Assembly: GCA_016783545.1 (NCBI GenBank)
Contig: JADHWJ010000006.1
Coordinates: 888-64,887, forward strand
Origin: Candidatus Aenigmatarchaeota archaeon
GTDB taxonomy: Archaea; Aenigmatarchaeota; Aenigmatarchaeia; QMZP01
Direction of reading: 5' to 3'
DNA: 64,000 bases
The translations under genes and the position numbers were made by a program. The notes under the pieces were generated by a model. That model saw only the letters and a list, made by a program, of their open reading frames with translations, was not told the origin of the DNA and did no database searches. Below are positions 33,781 to 42,275 of this stretch, one piece after another (position 1 is the first letter of the stretch; each line of letters begins with the position of its first letter).

Positions 33781-33973
33781 TATTTTGGAAGGCTGTAGCC
33801 TCCCTCTTGCTCACCTACTTCTGTTGGGCGGAGGAGAAGCGGGTCCATGTTTAATATTGTACTTTTTGGTATAAAATGCTTTGATTCATTAACTATCAAA
33901 ACCAATAATCAGTTAATTGTCGTATATTGGTTAGTTAATATACATATTTATTATTTTTTATTAACTAATTAGC

Positions 33974-35005
33974 ATGGAAAAGGAAGAGAAAATTCTAGTT
34001 TTGAATGTAGATAGGGATAATGATATTGGCAGGAAGGCAAAGCAGGAAGGGCCTATAATAGGAAGAGAAAATATCCTAAAATGTGCAAATCTGCTTGGTC
34101 TAGCAGATCCAGAGGACTCTGATTTCAATGCATTATTTCAGGCAGCTAAGATATATGATGAAATGAAAAATAAGTACAAAACAGAGGTTGCTGCCATACT
34201 TGGACATCAAAATAGAGGTATAGATGCGGATAAAAGACTAAAGGAACAGCTGGAAGAGGTCCTGGAAAAGTTCAAAGCTGATTATGTTTTATTTGTTACA
34301 GATGGTGCTGATGACGAGCATGTTATGCCTATTGTGCAATCAAAAGTCCCTATATTGTCAGTTAGAAGGCTGCATATAAAACAGGCTGAACAATTGGAAT
34401 CTGGGTATTATAAGATAAAGGATTTTCTTGAAGAATCTCTTGAAAATCCAAAGTTTGCAAGACTTGTTTTTGGTCTACCTGCAATTGCACTGGTTTTGGT
34501 AGCTGTTTTTGGCATTGACGGCTGGAGGATTATAATAGGTTTGATTGGAATTTATCTGTTTGTAAAGGGTTTCAAGCTCGAAAGTTATATTCTAAATACA
34601 ATAGAAGAGCTAAGAGACAGCCTCACTCGTAAGAGATTTGCCTTCTTTATGTATATGATAGGCATAGCATTCTTCTTATTAGCTACATACAGGGGATATA
34701 CAACAATGCTGGAATTCTTAAGCATAGGTATCTTTGAAACAGTTGCAAGCTTTATTTCAGCAAGCATATACTTCTATTTCATTTCAGGTGCTGGTATATG
34801 GATAGCAAGGAATGTAAAGGATATGTCAAGGAGTGGTAGAAGGGTTGTTGCTGTTGTTCTATTTGGCTTTGCTATTGCACTAGTTGTCTATAATGCAACA
34901 GAGTTGATTATAAAGCCTGCACTACCGTTCTGGAATTTTGTAGGCTCTATTATAATAGGATTTGTATTGATGTTCATAGCAGTGCTATTAGAATGGAAAT
35001 GGTAA
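33974..35005 (+). CDS. archaeal DUF373-like membrane protein
   Basis: A soluble N-domain (KILVLNVDRDNDIGRKAKQEGPIIGRENILKCANLLGLADPEDSDFNALF) is followed by several TM helices. Confidence 0.55.
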   Translation: MEKEEKILVLNVDRDNDIGRKAKQEGPIIGRENILKCANLLGLADPEDSDFNALFQAAKIYDEMKNKYKTEVAAILGHQNRGIDADKRLKEQLEEVLEKFKADYVLFVTDGADDEHVMPIVQSKVPILSVRRLHIKQAEQLESGYYKIKDFLEESLENPKFARLVFGLPAIALVLVAVFGIDGWRIIIGLIGIYLFVKGFKLESYILNTIEELRDSLTRKRFAFFMYMIGIAFFLLATYRGYTTMLEFLSIGIFETVASFISASIYFYFISGAGIWIARNVKDMSRSGRRVVAVVLFGFAIALVVYNATELIIKPALPFWNFVGSIIIGFVLMFIAVLLEWKW

Positions 35006-35140
35006 CTAAGCTTAACTAATCGATTTGATGATTTAACCAATTATTCTATTTATTCTATCAATGCTTGGGCTCATTTGAAAATAGTTTTATGGGCACATAT
35101 AATACAAGCATTTAAATACATGTGCACATAAAGATATATT

Positions 35141-36076
35141 ATGTATCATGAAATTCAAATTAAAAATGGTGAAAAATATCACTATCTTACTGAGAATTTC
35201 AGAATAAATGATAAATGGAAAAAAATTAGGATCTATCTTGGGAAAGGAAATATAAAAAGAAAAAAATTTGAGAAATTAATATCTGAAAAGAAGGTTGAAT
35301 TGGAATTAAAATTAGATAAAGAAAAAAAGCTAAACGATCCTTTACTCTCATTTTTAACTGAGCAAGAAATAAAGAAAATTGAAAAGATGAAAAAACACTA
35401 TCAAAAATCAATGAAAAATATCGATAAGCAATTATGGAAAAATTATTATGAGTCGTTTATAACTGAATTTACATATGATACAAACGCAATAGAAGGTTCG
35501 TCTGTTACTTTACAGGAAACGGGTCTTATATTATTCGATAGGGTCGTCCCAGAAGGTAAAACAATAAAAGAGATAAAAGAAGTGGAAAATCATAAAGAAG
35601 CTTTTGATTTCATGATAAAACATGAAGAAGGTATAACAAAAAGATTTGTCTTACAGATTCATAAAAAACTTATGCATAATATTTTATGGGATTATGCGGG
35701 AAAATTTAGAGATGTTCAGGTTATAATAAGAGGTTCTGATTTTTTACCTCCTCCACCAGCGAAAGTTGAATCTGACTTCAAAACTCTTATGAGATGGTAT
35801 GGTTCTAACAAGAAAAAATACCATCCTGTAATTATTGCTGCTTATTTTCATTCTGCTTTTGAGTCAGTACATCCATTCAGGGATGGTAATGGGAGAACTG
35901 GGAGATTGTTATTGAATTTTATTTTAAAGAAAAATGGATATCCAATGATTGACATAAAAAATAAAGATAGGATGAAATATTACAATAGCTTGAAATCTGC
36001 TGAAAAAAATGGAGATTTAAGACCGCTTGTTAATTTGATTGTTAATTATTTATTAGAAAGTAAAATATGGATATAA
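35141..36076 (+). CDS. Fic-domain protein (AMPylase/Fido family)
   Basis: Carries the canonical Fic motif HPFRDGNGRTGR (in VHPFRDGNGRTGRLLLNFIL). Confidence 0.85.
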   Translation: MYHEIQIKNGEKYHYLTENFRINDKWKKIRIYLGKGNIKRKKFEKLISEKKVELELKLDKEKKLNDPLLSFLTEQEIKKIEKMKKHYQKSMKNIDKQLWKNYYESFITEFTYDTNAIEGSSVTLQETGLILFDRVVPEGKTIKEIKEVENHKEAFDFMIKHEEGITKRFVLQIHKKLMHNILWDYAGKFRDVQVIIRGSDFLPPPPAKVESDFKTLMRWYGSNKKKYHPVIIAAYFHSAFESVHPFRDGNGRTGRLLLNFILKKNGYPMIDIKNKDRMKYYNSLKSAEKNGDLRPLVNLIVNYLLESKIWI

Positions 36077-36083
36077 TTTTAAT

Positions 36084-37184
36084 TTAATGTCTGAAATGTC
36101 TCATTCCAGTGAAAAGCATGGCCATACCGTATTCATTTGCCATGTCTATTGCCTTCTGATCGCCGTCAGAGCCACCTGGTTGTATGATTCCATCTACCCC
36201 ACATTCACCAGCAAGCTCTACAACATCAGGAAATGGTATGAATGCATCAGAACCCACAACTTGTGGCTGAAGATTATTACTATTCATCTCTAGAGCCAGT
36301 CTTGCTGAGTTTATTCTTTTCATCTGACCAGCACCATTACCAGTAATCTGCATAATACCACCCGACATCCTAGCAGCAGTAATTGCATTGGATTTTGTAT
36401 GTTTTGCAACTTTCCAGGCAAAATCATAAAGGCTCGCTTGGTCAGGGTTTGGTATTTTTTCAGTAACAAAACCAACAGTTCTTTCTTTTCCGCCATACTC
36501 CACTTCAAATGGTGGACCCCAAATATCCATAATATTATTAATGCCTTCTGGGTATGTTAATCTATCTGTTTCTTGTGTAAGCATGCCACCTTCTATAGCT
36601 CTCGTTTCGTAAAGCTCTCTTCCTGGAAGATGGAGATTTGGAACTCTCAAAACAACTGTTTTTCCTCTTCTCTCTTTTAGCCTTGCAATAGCTCTTTCTG
36701 TATAACCAGGAGCTATGATAATATCAAATTTTTTCTTTTTGAGTACATCCTCAACTAAATCATCATCCATTGGAAAACTAAGAGCCATTATTCCACCAAA
36801 AGCAGCTTCAGTATCTCCTTCATAAGCATGTTCAAAAACACTTCTTTGTAAAGTGCTACCTGGATAATATGCTGCACCACACGGATTTGTATGTTTTATT
36901 ATAACAACAGCACTACCATTAGGAAATTCTCTTACAAGACCCATTGCAGCGTCTGCATCCAGAAAATTATTATAACCCATTGGTCCGCCACTCAAATGTT
37001 CTGCGGTTGCTACACTAGGTCCTTCATAGCCATCTTTTACAAAACGAGTTCCTTTTTGATGCCAATTTGCTGCATATCTTCCAAATTCTTCACCATCAAC
37101 AAATAGATCGGTTTCTGTTTCAACATTTCGGGGTCCTTGAAACCTTTTTTGAACATAAACTTCTTTTGGAAATCTTACTGGCAT
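36084..37184 (-). CDS. purH: AICAR transformylase (PurH, formyltransferase domain only)
   Basis: Contains IIKHTNPCGAA and the C-terminal GSDAFIPFPDVVELAGECGVDGIIQPGGSDGD...FTGMRHFRH. Confidence 0.85.
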   Translation of the reverse strand: MPVRFPKEVYVQKRFQGPRNVETETDLFVDGEEFGRYAANWHQKGTRFVKDGYEGPSVATAEHLSGGPMGYNNFLDADAAMGLVREFPNGSAVVIIKHTNPCGAAYYPGSTLQRSVFEHAYEGDTEAAFGGIMALSFPMDDDLVEDVLKKKKFDIIIAPGYTERAIARLKERRGKTVVLRVPNLHLPGRELYETRAIEGGMLTQETDRLTYPEGINNIMDIWGPPFEVEYGGKERTVGFVTEKIPNPDQASLYDFAWKVAKHTKSNAITAARMSGGIMQITGNGAGQMKRINSARLALEMNSNNLQPQVVGSDAFIPFPDVVELAGECGVDGIIQPGGSDGDQKAIDMANEYGMAMLFTGMRHFRH

Positions 37185-37186
37185 AA

Positions 37187-38032
37187 TTAATCAGTTTCCC
37201 ATTTATTTCTAATTGCTATATCAAAACCACCAGGTTTTTCAACAACAGCTACTGCAGAAACAGTTAAATTCTGTTCAAGTTCTTCTGGAGGAGCACCCAT
37301 ACCAACCTCATCTGGTCCGCTATTTGCAAACATGTCTTCATATGCTGCTTGGGCAAGTTCTTCTGCTCCTTTCCCAGGTAAATTTAATTCAAAGAAAGCA
37401 TCTTCAGGTACTACAGGAGTAACCAAATCATCTGTTCCTTCTCTACCAACATAAGTTGATACCATTTGAAATACCCCAGGATTTATTCTTAAATCATCAA
37501 TTTTATGTTCAACAACAAGTATTTCACCTTCCTTTGTAACTATACCCAAAGCAGCATTTCTAGCTAAATCAGCTGCAGATGCTATTCTTGGTGTTTGTGC
37601 TATTTTTTCACCATTTTCAGGATCTGTTCCATCTACCTCTGCACCCCAGCTAGCAAGTGCATATTCCATAGCATCTTTTAAGGAAAATTCATGATCGCCT
37701 ATAATATAAGATGAATATAATAAACTACTATGCCTGCCATTTGAACCTGCAATAAAATCCATATCAGGATCTACCATAAAAGCAGGATATTGTATGTTTG
37801 CCACATTTTTCATTTGTTCTTTTCTTATTTCTTCTGCTTTTTCAGGTGGTACATGTGATGGTATATGCAGCAGCATCTCTACTATAAGTGGAACTTTAGT
37901 ATGCCTTCGTGCCATCCTGTATTGACTAGTAGGACTTCTTCCAGTAACTCTATATACTCCTGCAATATTTTCATTTTCATCTGCTCCAATACCAATCACT
38001 CTTCCAGGGTAGTCCTTAAGCATAATTATCAC
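37187..38032 (-). CDS. purO: archaeal IMP cyclohydrolase (PurO-like)
   Basis: YPGRVIGIGADENENIAGVYRVTGRSPTSQYR and TPRIASAADLARNAALGIVTKEGEILV parallel the Methanocaldococcus PurO pattern as recalled. Adjacent to purH. Confidence 0.65.
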   Translation of the reverse strand: MIIMLKDYPGRVIGIGADENENIAGVYRVTGRSPTSQYRMARRHTKVPLIVEMLLHIPSHVPPEKAEEIRKEQMKNVANIQYPAFMVDPDMDFIAGSNGRHSSLLYSSYIIGDHEFSLKDAMEYALASWGAEVDGTDPENGEKIAQTPRIASAADLARNAALGIVTKEGEILVVEHKIDDLRINPGVFQMVSTYVGREGTDDLVTPVVPEDAFFELNLPGKGAEELAQAAYEDMFANSGPDEVGMGAPPEELEQNLTVSAVAVVEKPGGFDIAIRNKWETD

Positions 38033-38354
38033 TTTATTATTACATGCTAAGTTTTTTATAGCAATGTGTTACAGAGAGGCTACATAACTCACTTAATGGT
38101 TCGATACATGCCGTTTTCTTCTGCACTTCCCCTGCACACACACTCATTAGAGGTGAGTTTAATCCTCACTTTAAAGGGCAAAATTAGTATATTATTAAAA
38201 ATATAGTTTCTAAAATATTTAATTAAAAATATTAATTACAATAGTTTTATTATAATGGTTATATTTAAATATATATAATAAATAATATATTAAGGTTTTT
38301 ATATCATTAAATCAAAAATAATATACTGAAAAAAGTGAGAGTTTGTATTCGTAG

Positions 38355-38389
38355 AACCGGACATATGGGGTCTATGCATATCGGTTTTG
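38355..38389. repeat. repeat L (left copy; inverted relative to R at 40657-40702)
   Basis: The reverse complement caaaaccgatatgcatagaccccatatgtccggtt aligns to caaaaccgatatacttagagccta--tgtccgtttt at about 29 of 35 positions. Confidence 0.6.
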
Positions 38390-38422
38390 CTTGGCAGAAA
38401 ATAACAATAAAAAGGTGATAAT

Positions 38423-38761
38423 TTGACTAAAGAAAATAGAATTTTAGAGGGTTTGTTTTTGAGGGAGAAGCCTGCAAAAATACTTTTAGGTCTAAAGCTT
38501 TCTAAATCTGGCACAGTATATACATCAATACTTTCTAAAGAGGCTGACTGCACGTACTCGCACACAATAAAAATACTTAACATGCTCAATAGTATGGGAT
38601 TGGTTAATTTTGAAAAAACAGGAAGAATCAAAAAAGTAACTCTGAGTGATGAAGGCTGGGACATTGCACACAATCTTGAAGCAATTCTAAAGAAGTTTAT
38701 CCAGGTCGAAAATAAAGCCGGAAAAAAAGTTAAAGAAGAAAAGAAAAAGGCAAAGAAATAA
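38423..38761 (+). CDS. small winged-helix DNA-binding protein (TTG start) with Lys-rich tail
   Basis: GTVYTSILSKEADCTYSHTIKILNMLNSMGLVNFEKTGRIKKVTLSDEG is a MarR/ArsR-like wHTH. An AAAAGGTGA SD lies upstream. Confidence 0.6.
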   Translation: MTKENRILEGLFLREKPAKILLGLKLSKSGTVYTSILSKEADCTYSHTIKILNMLNSMGLVNFEKTGRIKKVTLSDEGWDIAHNLEAILKKFIQVENKAGKKVKEEKKKAKK

Positions 38762-38775
38762 AAAGAAGTAGCTCC

Positions 38776-38811
38776 GGAATCTGAGATTCTCGTTTTCGTA
38801 AAAACGGACAT
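38776..38811. repeat. repeat L2 (second left-oriented partial copy)
   Basis: The reverse complement tgtccgttttta-cgaaaacga-gaatctc matches R (tgtccgttttta-tg-gaatctc). It also contains the internal palindrome GGAATCT-g-AGATTC. Confidence 0.55.
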
Positions 38812-38816
38812 TTTCC

Positions 38817-38849
38817 TATAGTTTACAAAATGATGAAATGTAAACTATA
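38817..38849. promoter_or_regulatory. perfect 11-bp inverted repeat TATAGTTTACA-(11 nt)-TGTAAACTATA upstream of recombinase 1
   Basis: Read directly from the sequence. A third copy of the arm lies at 40737-40747. Confidence 0.6.
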
Positions 38850-38888
38850 TAAGTATAAAACACTTAAATTTTAATTAAAGTGGAAATT

Positions 38889-39512
38889 ATGGGAGAATTT
38901 GCTTCTGTTCCGATGAAAGACCCTAGGGGATATCTTAAACCAGCCCAGGCTAACAAGTTGATTAATGCTACAGGTAATATAAGAGATAGATTAATATTCC
39001 AGCTTATGTATAGATGCGGAAGAAGGGTATCTGAGGTTCTCCTGCTTACTGAAGATGATATATTATGGAACGATAGAAAGATAATATTCACAATTCTTAA
39101 AAGGAAAAGACCGGTTAAAGAATTAAAACCAGTTGATTCTGAGACCATAGAACTTCTAAGGCGTTATCTGAACAAAAAGGGTAGGGTAAAGGGATTAAAA
39201 AGGCATAGAAAAGACAGCAGACTTTTTCCTATAACAAGGCAATATGTTTTCAAGCTTGTAAGAAAACTTGGCAAGGAAACAGGGATAGAAATGGTTGGTT
39301 TAAAGAAGATCCATCCACATCATTTCCGTCATAGTTTTGCTGTCCATGCTGTAAGATCAGGAGTAAATTCTGCTGAGGATCTTAGGAAACTTCAGATGTA
39401 TATGGGTCATGCAAACATATCAACCACTGCACATTATCTACAGTTCTCTCCAGATGAACTAAGAAGCCTTGTAGATGGTATGTGGAAGAAAGGAAAAAGA
39501 AATGAAAAATGA
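38889..39512 (+). CDS. tyrosine recombinase, short Xer-like (catalytic domain only); the ORF is open from GTG 38880
   Basis: Contains RDRLIFQLMYRCGRRVSEVLLL, HPHHFRHSFAVHAV and LQMYMGHANISTTAHYLQ (R..H-x-x-R..H/Y pattern). Confidence 0.8.
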   Translation: MGEFASVPMKDPRGYLKPAQANKLINATGNIRDRLIFQLMYRCGRRVSEVLLLTEDDILWNDRKIIFTILKRKRPVKELKPVDSETIELLRRYLNKKGRVKGLKRHRKDSRLFPITRQYVFKLVRKLGKETGIEMVGLKKIHPHHFRHSFAVHAVRSGVNSAEDLRKLQMYMGHANISTTAHYLQFSPDELRSLVDGMWKKGKRNEK

Positions 39513-40569
39513 AGACTATATTGAATTGATGAAGATATACAAAACGTCAGCAAAAACCATAGACAGAGTGTGTGAAATTTTCTCTGGTGGTGATAAGAGA
39601 TATGTTGATTTGGAATATGAGATTATAGTAGCTGGTTTTTTGGATAATGGTGCAATTTCTATTAGGGAAAAACCAATAGAAACAGAGGCTAAATCAAAGG
39701 AGGATATCAAAGGTCCACAAAAGGATTTGAAAGCATTGGCTTTAAAGCTATTAGAAGATCATGATTTCAAGCTAGTTGCTTTTGAAAGGGGTTTTGCAGG
39801 AGGTATAGCTGATATTATAGCAAAAGGTAATGGGAAAAATATAATAATTGAATGTGGTCCATGCAACCTAATAAAGGCTATAGATTATTTATCAGTAGAG
39901 AATACAATTCTTTGGATACTAAAAGCAGATGTTCTTTACATCATTGAAAGGTATAAAGACTGGGGCTCATTCTATCGGTTTCATGAATCGAATCAAGAGG
40001 AAAAAAATAAAAAAATTATGAGCTCTATAAATTTTTTTGATTCTAATTTTAGAAGAAAAATACCTAGAACTTTAACAGAAGAAGAGATAGGTGAGATGTT
40101 GAGGTATTCTGAAGATAATAAAAGAGATAACATGCTAATGAAATGTATGTATTTTCTTGGATTGAAAAATACCGAAGTACAAAATCTGAGGGGAGAAGAT
40201 TTCGATTTTGAAAAAAGTATAGTAAAGATAAGGGGTCGCAGTATACCGATTCCTGAAGACTTCCTTAAAGAAATTTTAAAATGGAAAAAAGAAGGTCCTT
40301 TGTTTTCAGGAAGATCTAATGGTCTTATAAGTGATAGACATATACGCAGGATAGCGAAAAAATATGCTGAACTAGCAGGTGTCCGGAAATACGAGGAAAT
40401 CCACCCTCACACTCTACGTCATTCTTATGCCACTCACTTACAAAACAATGGTACACCTCTTAATGTAATTCAAGCTCTCTTAGGTCACTCTCGCATTGAA
40501 ACCACTACCATATACACTCACCTTGGTATTGAAAATCTGAAACGAGAAGTAGATAAAGTATTTAAATGA
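39502..40569 (+). CDS. tyrosine recombinase with an N-terminal extra domain (possibly nuclease-like); alternative start at 39475
   Basis: The C-terminus carries RDNMLMKCMYFLGLKNTEVQNL, HPHTLRHSYATHL and LLGHSRIETTTIYTH. The N-terminal ~180 aa contain FERGFAGGIADIIAKGNGKNIIIECG. Confidence 0.75.
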   Translation: MKNEDYIELMKIYKTSAKTIDRVCEIFSGGDKRYVDLEYEIIVAGFLDNGAISIREKPIETEAKSKEDIKGPQKDLKALALKLLEDHDFKLVAFERGFAGGIADIIAKGNGKNIIIECGPCNLIKAIDYLSVENTILWILKADVLYIIERYKDWGSFYRFHESNQEEKNKKIMSSINFFDSNFRRKIPRTLTEEEIGEMLRYSEDNKRDNMLMKCMYFLGLKNTEVQNLRGEDFDFEKSIVKIRGRSIPIPEDFLKEILKWKKEGPLFSGRSNGLISDRHIRRIAKKYAELAGVRKYEEIHPHTLRHSYATHLQNNGTPLNVIQALLGHSRIETTTIYTHLGIENLKREVDKVFK

Positions 40570-40656
40570 ATGTATATTTTATTAGATATTCTTTTTATAA
40601 TATATGTTAAAGTATATACTTAATTTATTTTTCTTCGTCGTGAGACTTAATTTTCA

Positions 40657-40702
40657 CAAAACCGATATACTTAGAGCCTATGTCCGTTTTTATGGAATCT
40701 CG
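40657..40702. repeat. repeat R (right copy, inverted relative to L and L2)
   Basis: See L and L2. Sequence: caaaaccgatatacttagagcctatgtccgtttttatggaatctcg. Confidence 0.6.
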
Positions 40703-40736
40703 GGTGTGATAGTTAAATCTACTATATTTTTTATTA

Positions 40737-40747
40737 TATAGTTTACA
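40737..40747. repeat. third copy of TATAGTTTACA
   Basis: Exact 11-mer shared with 38817-38827, and in reverse complement with 38839-38849. Confidence 0.5.
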
Positions 40748-40959
40748 TTAAATATATTATAATAGATAGTATAAGATATATATTATAAATACTATAAGTT
40801 TTTTATTTTTTTCAAAATTTACTAGTGAGAACCCTCACACAAAGTGAGACTTAAGTAGGAGGCTAAGAAGCGAAAACCTCAAAGGGAGAGTAGTTGTGAA
40901 GGGAGTGTGGAGAATGGGTATAGAGGAGCCTGGTGAGAGAAAAACAGTATAGTAAGAGC

Positions 40960-41334
40960 TTAAAAAGAAGGTAAATCAAAGTAAGAGTACCTAACTGCTT
41001 CTATAAATTCAAGAGCAACTCCTACATTCTCAGCAACACTATCATCAGAAGTGAGATCATCAACCCTTTTCACTCTTCCAGTTGTTGTGATTTTTGCCAA
41101 AGGGGGATCATCAGAAACAGCAGCAGGCAAGCCTATACAAAGATTAACTGTATCACCAGGGTTTAGATTTTTTCTATTAGCACGAAAATAAGCACCACCA
41201 GTGCTTAAGTCAGTAGTAAATGCATTATCTAACAATCTATTCTCTTGACAATCATATATCCCTATAGGAAGTGCTAATTCTAGCCTCCTATACCTTCGTC
41301 TTTCAGGTTCTGTATATCCTTTAAATTTGCTCAT
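40960..41334 (-). CDS. PilZ-domain protein
   Basis: ERRRYRRLE (RRxxxR) and DLSTGG (DxSxxG) lie at the expected spacing in a 124-aa protein. Confidence 0.7.
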   Translation of the reverse strand: MSKFKGYTEPERRRYRRLELALPIGIYDCQENRLLDNAFTTDLSTGGAYFRANRKNLNPGDTVNLCIGLPAAVSDDPPLAKITTTGRVKRVDDLTSDDSVAENVGVALEFIEAVRYSYFDLPSF

Positions 41335-41410
41335 AAGAAAATGTTAATAGTAAGGAATAAAAACCAATAAGATGCTTATATTTAAACTAATATATTCAAT
41401 ATCTTATCAA

Positions 41411-42271
41411 ATGAAAAAGATATCCCTTATTATGGTTTTATTTGTTTTATCATTGATGCCTATATTCAGCGCCGCTTCTCAGATAGAGATACCAATAAAG
41501 GCAAATATAACAAGCAACATGACAGTAAACATGCCAAAACCGAGTTTGGAATTGAACATGACGATTGAGAAAGATAAAGATATTATAGGGAATATTACCA
41601 TAACAAAGACTCCTATATCAGTCAATTTATCGCCTGTGCAGGATTTTAGCAGGGTTGTGATAACACCTACAAAAGTTGAAGTACCAGTTAGTGTAGAAAC
41701 AAACGCTTCAGAAGAACAAAATGACATAGAGTCTGCTTTTACAAGAGCTATTAAAATGCCTGATAATGATATAAATCTCAGTGATTTTGTTATTATGTCA
41801 AAAGACGAAGATATGACAGCTTGTAATAACTGCGGTTCAGAATCTGGTGATTCGAGTTCTGGTGGTAAAACTGCACCATCAGTTGTTTCAGTTACATTAG
41901 AAGATTCTGAAGGCGGAGAAGAGCCTATTGATATCACAATAGACAAAGACCAGGTTGTTATCAGTGGTTCCAATGCATCTGCTGCATATAAAGGAAGTGT
42001 AGAAATAAGGGATAAAAAAATATTTTTAGAAGATGCAGAAGTGGGTATGCTTCCTGCTGAAGCAAAAGATATTGCTCAAGATCTTGTTTCTGTGGAAACA
42101 CTTGAACTTGATATTGATGAAGAAAAGCCTATATATAGGGCAAAAGGAACTGAAGAAAAGAGCTTTTTAGGTATAATACCAGTATCAGTTGATGTTGAAG
42201 TGAAAGTTGACGCTCAGACAGGGGAAACTGAAGTATCAGACAAGCCTTGGTGGGATTTCTTAGCTTGGTAG
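41411..42271 (+). CDS. secreted acidic protein, unknown function (the ORF is open from 41372)
   Basis: Signal peptide MKKISLIMVLFVLSLMPIFSAASQ. Contains sequon-rich stretches (NITSNMT, NMTI, NITI). Confidence 0.6.
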   Translation: MKKISLIMVLFVLSLMPIFSAASQIEIPIKANITSNMTVNMPKPSLELNMTIEKDKDIIGNITITKTPISVNLSPVQDFSRVVITPTKVEVPVSVETNASEEQNDIESAFTRAIKMPDNDINLSDFVIMSKDEDMTACNNCGSESGDSSSGGKTAPSVVSVTLEDSEGGEEPIDITIDKDQVVISGSNASAAYKGSVEIRDKKIFLEDAEVGMLPAEAKDIAQDLVSVETLELDIDEEKPIYRAKGTEEKSFLGIIPVSVDVEVKVDAQTGETEVSDKPWWDFLAW

Positions 42272-42275
42272 CTTA

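Noticed and set aside
38068-38180. A tRNA fragment or att site suggested by GGTTCGATAC downstream of purO (upstream of the recombinase module).
   Set aside because: No flanking T-stem or acceptor complementarity could be drawn. Only the GTGAG/CTCAC hairpin similarity to 40824-40837 remains, and that is noted under the recombinase-module finding.
38299-38811. 170-aa minus-strand ORF overlapping the wHTH gene.
   Set aside because: The product is Ser/Phe/Leu-rich and low-complexity. The plus-strand ORF has an SD and a recognisable wHTH motif.
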